A stretch of DNA of 64,000 nt from Nitrospirota bacterium. GTDB taxonomy: Bacteria > Nitrospirota > Thermodesulfovibrionia > Thermodesulfovibrionales > JdFR-86. The DNA lies in assembly GCA_963721805.1 (NCBI GenBank), contig CAVRJY010000001.1:352001-416000 (forward strand), written 5' to 3'. Each line of letters opens with the position of its first letter. Position 1 is the stretch's first letter. A program made the translations under genes and the position numbers. The notes under the pieces are model-generated. The model saw only the letters and a list, made by a program, of their open reading frames with translations, was not told where the DNA came from and did no database searches. Positions 58,880-64,000 of the stretch are shown piece by piece.

Positions 58880-60783
58880 ATGCCTAAAGAGCAGCACGAT
58901 ATGTGCGAAAACATCGGGGAGATGCCGCCCTTCAGGTTCATGGAGCGCGGGATGCTCAAGCGGCTCTGCCGGGGCATGGAGGCCGAGCAATACGCAATAG
59001 GCGAGGAGGTCCCGGCCGCTGACGAGTCGGTCGTAGGCAACCTGCGCGTCGTACAGTCCGGCGCGATCAAGCGCTATCTCGTAGGCCAGAACGGTGAGCT
59101 CATCCCTGTGGACGTCCTCGGCCCCGGCGACAACTTCGGCTTCATCCAGAGCCTGCACGAGGAGTACCGCAAGGTAAAGGCCATAGCGACCGAGCCCACG
59201 GTCTGCTGCATGATACCCATGGAGGACGTGTTTGCTGTCCTGAGCGAGAAGCCCTCGCTGCCTGAGCTATCTGACCGCCAAGGGACAGGCGGTATACGAG
59301 GCAGCGGCCGAGCGAGCGCGCCATGAGGGCAACGCCCTGATGGGCGGCGAGAAGCTCCTGTTCATCACGACCGTCGGGCGAGATACTCACGCGCGAGGCG
59401 GTCACGGCGCGCGAGTCCGTGACGGTAGGCGAGGCCGCAGCTATGATGTCGGAGCACGGCATCAGCTCGCTTGTCGTGCTCGACGCCGGGGGCGCACCGG
59501 TCGGCATCGTCACGGACCGCGACCTCAGGGACAAGGTGCTCGCTCGCCGCCGTAGCCCTGAGGAGCGCATCACGTCGGTTATGACCTCGATTGTCGTGAA
59601 GGCCGAGGCCTCCGAGTACTGCTACGAGGCCCTGCTTCGGATGATCCGCTATAACGTCCACCATGTCGTCGTCTTGGAGCACGGGGAGTTAAAAGGCGTG
59701 GTGACGAACCACGACTTCATGCTCCTGCAGGGCGTCTCTCCGCTTGCGATACTCAAGGAGATGGAGGCCCAGCTCCGGGCCCGCACCGCGGTGACCGCAT
59801 CGCGCGGGATAGAGCAGCTCGTCGGGCTGCTTGCCCGCGACGGCGCGCGCGCCACGAGCATCACGCGCATCATCGCCGAGATGAACGACCGCCTCGTGAT
59901 ACTTGGCGCTGGAGCAGGCCGAGGCCCGCCTGGGCCGGCCGCCCGTGCCCTACTGCTGGATAGCCTTCGGCAGCGAGGGCCGCAAAGAGCAGACCTTCCG
60001 CACCGACCAGGACAACGGGATCATCTACGCCGACCCCTCGTCCGAGGCCGAGGCCGGCCGCTGCGAGGAGTACTTCGAGGCGCTCGCCGAGGCGATGGCC
60101 GAGACGCTCGAGCCGCATAGGGTTCCCGCCCTGCCCGGCCGGGTACATGGCGACTAATCCGAAATGGCGGCGTCCGCTTAGTCAGTGGAAGCGGTCCTTC
60201 ACGGACTGGATCGAGACCCCGACGCCCGAGGCCGTGCTCTCCTCGCTGATATTCTTCGACTTCCGCGGCATAGGCGGCGACCTCTCGCTTGCCGCCTCAC
60301 TGCGCGAGCACCTGCACCACGCTATAGAGGACAAGCGCATATTCCTGGGCGCTATGGCCAACGTGATCACCAAAAACGCCCCGCCCGTGACGATCTTCGG
60401 GGCGCTAAAGCTGGAAAATACGCCCAAGGGCACGTTGAACCTCAAGATCAAGGGCTCGGCCCTCGTAATCGATATCGTCAGGCTGCTGAGCCTGGAGCTC
60501 AAGACCGAGGGCCACTCCACGGTCGAGCGCATTGCACGCGCTCCGCGGCAGGCACTCGATCATCGACACCTATGGCGACGAGCTCGAGCAGGCCTTCGAG
60601 CTCACGATGATGCAGCGCATCCTGCACCAGCACCGCGCGATACAGGCCGGGCTCCAGCCGGACAACTTCGTCAGGCCCGAGGAGATGGGGCAGTTCGCTC
60701 TAAAGCAGCTCAAGCAGGCCTATTCGCTTATAGGCCGCGTGCAGCAGGAGATCATGGACCGCTACAAGTTCATGATCGTATAG
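58880..60783 (+). CDS. cNMP-binding/CBS/DUF294 nucleotidyltransferase-like protein (several frameshifts)
   Basis: cNMP domain, GIVTDRDLR, FGSEGRKEQ..TDQDN, MATNPKW, IFFDFR across frames. Confidence 0.85.
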
Positions 60784-60940
60784 GGAAACGGTCAAGGTTT
60801 TTTTGTATCACATAAACCGAAGGGTTCGGGCGCGGCTGGATGGCCGGCTCCGGGAAGGGGAGGTGTGCGAGGGGCAGCATGCAGTGAAGTTAACCGTCGG
60901 GGTTTGATCACCGTAGAAATAGTGAAAGGGAGGAAGTTCA

Positions 60941-61255
60941 ATGACGACAAAGAAGACGACTCAGGAAATCATGGATGACCCTGATTTCAAGGAAATCGTA
61001 GTGACGAGGGGCACGGTATCGTGGATACTTACGATCCTCGAGCTCGTGCTTTATTTCGGGTTCGTGGCCCTCATCGCGTACAACAGGGAGTACCTCTCCC
61101 AGAAGCTGACGCCGGGCAAGGCCATGACGATCGGCATCCCGATAGCCGTTGGGGTTATAGCGCTCTCATGGGTATTCACCGGGATCTATATCTGGTGGGC
61201 TAACAGCAAATACGACGCCCGGGTCAAAGCGATCCGGGAGAAGATAGGAGGGTAA
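60941..61255 (+). CDS. DUF485 (YjcH-like) membrane protein
   Basis: Two TM helices, YIWWAN..YD; precedes actP. Confidence 0.88.
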   Translation: MTTKKTTQEIMDDPDFKEIVVTRGTVSWILTILELVLYFGFVALIAYNREYLSQKLTPGKAMTIGIPIAVGVIALSWVFTGIYIWWANSKYDARVKAIREKIGG

Positions 61256-61259
61256 CGCG

Positions 61260-63152
61260 ATGGGCGCAGCCGCACAGACGTCGATTGGCACGGCCAATCC
61301 GGTCTCGATAATGTTCTTCCTTGCCTTCGTCGCCGCCACTCTCGTAATAACCTACTGGGCCGCGAAGCGCACGCGCACGACCAAGGACTTCTACGCCGCC
61401 GGACGCTCGGTCACCGGTTTCCAGAACGGCCTCGCGCTCGCGGGAGACTACATGAGCGCCGCCTCGTTTCTGGGCATCGCCGGGCTCGTCTCGCTCAAGG
61501 GCTATGACGGCCTGATTTACTCCGTCGGCTGGCTCGTAGGCTGGCCGGTCATCATGTTCCTGATCTCCGAGCCGCTTAGGAACCTCGGCAAGTACACGTT
61601 TTCGGACGTCGTGGCCTACCGCCTGAAGCAGCGCCCGATCCGGGGCGCGGCCGCCGCGGGCTCGCTCGTGACGGTGCTTTTCTACCTGATCGCACAGATG
61701 GTCGGCGCCGGGACGCTCGTGAAGCTCATGTTCGGTCTCCCGTTTGAGGTCGCGGTCATAGCCGTAGGCATACTGATGATCTCCTACGTCCTGTTCGGAG
61801 GCATGATCGCCACGACGTGGGTCCAGATCATCAAGGCCGGGCTGCTCCTTGGGCGGCGCGACCCTGCTCGTATTCCTGACGCTCTCGAAGTTCGACTTCA
61901 GCTACGCAAACCTCTTCGGGCAGGCCGAGAAGCTCTACACCAACAAGTTCCTCGAGCCCGGCGGCCTGATCTCAAGCCCGCTTGAGGCCTTCTCTCTGGG
62001 CCTCGCGCTGATGTTCGGCACGGCCGGGCTCCCGCACATCCTCATGAGGTTCTACACCGTGCCTGACGCCAAGGCCGCGCGCAAGTCCGTGTTCTACGCA
62101 ACCGGGTTCATCGGGTATTTCTACATCCTCACCGTGACGATCGGCTTTGGCGCGGCGGTGCTCGTCGGCCAGAAGTTCATCATGGGCATCGACGCCGGGG
62201 GCAACATGGCCGGCACCGCTGCTGGCCGAGGTCTTGGGCGGCAACGTATTCCTTGGGCTTCCTCGCGGCCGTCGCGTTCGCGACGATCCTCGCGGTCGTC
62301 TCGGGCCTGACGCTCGCCGGGGCATCCGCGCTCTCGCACGACCTTTACGTCGGCGTGATCAGGCGCGGCGAGGCCTCCGAGCGTGACGAGGTGCGCGTGG
62401 CCAAGGGCGCGACCGTGCTGCTCGGCATCACGGCCATGGCGCTTGCGATACTGTTTAAGGGCCAGAACGTCGCGTTCATGGTCGGCCTTGCGTTTGCGGT
62501 GGCATGCAGCGCGAACTTCCCGGCCCTCCTGATGTCGATCCTCTGGAAGAAGTTCACTACCGCCGGGGCGGTCCTGAGCATCATCACCGGCCTCGTGCTC
62601 GCGGCCGGGATGATCTTCCTGAGCCCCACGGTCTGGGTCGAGGTCATACACAAGGCAGACGTGGCGGCGGTCGGCAAGAATGTCGCTGGCATCGACGCCG
62701 CAATGAAGGCCAAGGTCGCGGATATCGAGAAGCAGACCGCTTCCGCCAAGGCGGCGGTCGAGCAGGCGGACAAGGACATGGCCGCGATGATGGCCCCCGC
62801 GGCACCGGCAGCAAAGGGCGCCAAGACGATGAAGAAGTCCACAAAGGCAGAGGCTGAGGCCAAGACAAAGATGGCCGCGATCGATAAGCAGAAGGCCGAC
62901 GCGACCGCACTCATCGCCAAGGCTGACGCCGATACAAAGGCGGCCAAGGACGAAGCGTTATCATTGACCACCGAGGCCAAGAAGGCCATGCCCAAGGCGA
63001 TCTTCCCGTACCGCAACCCGGCCATCTTCTCGATGACCGCCGCGTTCCTCATAGGCATATTCGCCTCGCTGATCGCCCCTGACAAGGAGGCGGAGAAGAA
63101 GTTTGCGGGACAAAAAGTTCGCGAATATATCGCATTAGGAGCTGAGGACTAG
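61260..63152 (+). CDS. actP: Cation/acetate symporter (two frameshifts)
   Basis: [43 protein letters not shown]. Confidence 0.92.
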
Positions 63153-63176
63153 TCGTAGCTCACCACCGCTAGCATC

Positions 63177-63209
63177 AAACAAGGGGGCCGACTCTGGCCC
63201 CCTTGTTTT
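63177..63209 (+). terminator. Terminator built on a REP-like palindrome
   Basis: AAACAAGGGGGCC..GGCCCCCTTGTTT. Confidence 0.7.
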
Positions 63210-63213
63210 TCCT

Positions 63214-63255
63214 TTTTCAAAGCGCTCCAAATCGCTTGGGGCCGACCGGCCCTCT
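63214..63255. repeat. Truncated GTAC-hairpin element end fused to a REP
   Basis: TTTCAAAGCGCTCCAAATCGCTT-GGGGCCGACCGGCCC. Confidence 0.8.
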
Positions 63256-63311
63256 TCACATTGAACATTGTCGCTGTAACTTTTCTATTGGTTGTTTTAT
63301 ACTTTATTACC

Positions 63312-64000
63312 ATGACCGATTTGGATGCCATATGCCAGGACTTTGAAAAGAAGCTCTCGCTTTTCAGGGCAGAGGTTTCATCGGCCGAAGACTGCTACTA
63401 CTTGCAAAAGACGATCCATGGGCTGATCCTCAAAAACGACAAGATATACGCAGAGCTCTACAGGAACGGTTTTTTCTGGCAGAGCGTATTGAACGCAGCC
63501 CGCGATAACCTGATCGGCACCCTTAGCAGGATATTCACCAGAAGGCAAAAGGATTTCTCCATTGGCGAGCTTTTAAAGACCTGCCGCCTGCACAGGGAAA
63601 TCTTTTCGAAAGCAGAGCTTAGAAAAAGGAAGTCAAAGGACCTGTCGCCGGACGTCCTCGTGAATATCTTGCGAGACATCCCCGAGGAGCCTGCATCTGA
63701 GGACGACATCATGCTGCTCGAAAAACAGATCGAGTCCTGTACCGATATCTTCGACAAGAACTACCGGGAAATCAGGGATGAGTTTTCGGCGCAGCGGGAT
63801 CTGAAATTTCTGGGCAAGGAGGGCGAACTGGCAAGCGGTGCCGCAGTTGGAGAGATCGAGGCCATACTCGACCTGCTCGACAGGGTGCACAGCTCGCTTT
63901 ACATGCTCTACTATAACGGCTTCCCGCTGGACGTGAATGTGGCGGAATCGACGAACTTTAAATATAAGCTGATTAAACAGACCGAGAGTGTGCTTCTAAC
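63312..64000 (+). CDS. Partial ORF, AbiU2-like HEPN-type helical protein (runs off the window)
   Basis: Open to the window end; FW..VL, LSRIF, IFSK..L..RK, YREIRDEFSAQ. Confidence 0.55.
   Translation, partial: MTDLDAICQDFEKKLSLFRAEVSSAEDCYYLQKTIHGLILKNDKIYAELYRNGFFWQSVLNAARDNLIGTLSRIFTRRQKDFSIGELLKTCRLHREIFSKAELRKRKSKDLSPDVLVNILRDIPEEPASEDDIMLLEKQIESCTDIFDKNYREIRDEFSAQRDLKFLGKEGELASGAAVGEIEAILDLLDRVHSSLYMLYYNGFPLDVNVAESTNFKYKLIKQTESVLL

Overview
GC-rich bacterial chromosome window, probably Nitrospirota-like (inferred from gene order and protein style). Core genes: rpsF-ssb-rpsR, rimP-nusA-recG, pilD, bioB, comM/yifB, a tRNA cluster with tuf-rpmG-secE-nusG-rplKAJL-rpoBC, cdaA-cdaR-glmM-comEC, rdgB, yajC, tmk and an actP locus. 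Accessory content: two divergent toxin-antitoxin pairs near tRNA-Pro, a tnpA-only IS200/IS605 element, an IS30, a DNA methyltransferase-nuclease with an AT-rich target-recognition segment, a candidate polyprenol-P-mannose/GT-C glycosylation cluster and two type IV pilins. The main unexplained signal is a modular intergenic repeat family at 11 or more loci. Its ~125-nt hairpin is capped by GTAC-N6-GTAC and shows clear compensatory substitutions. It takes up small REP-like palindromes, and its ~540-bp long forms carry a conserved operator-like palindrome, a -10 box, iteron-like repeats and a frame-conserved ORF. Several genes, including essential ones, have single-base frameshifts that are most likely sequencing errors.
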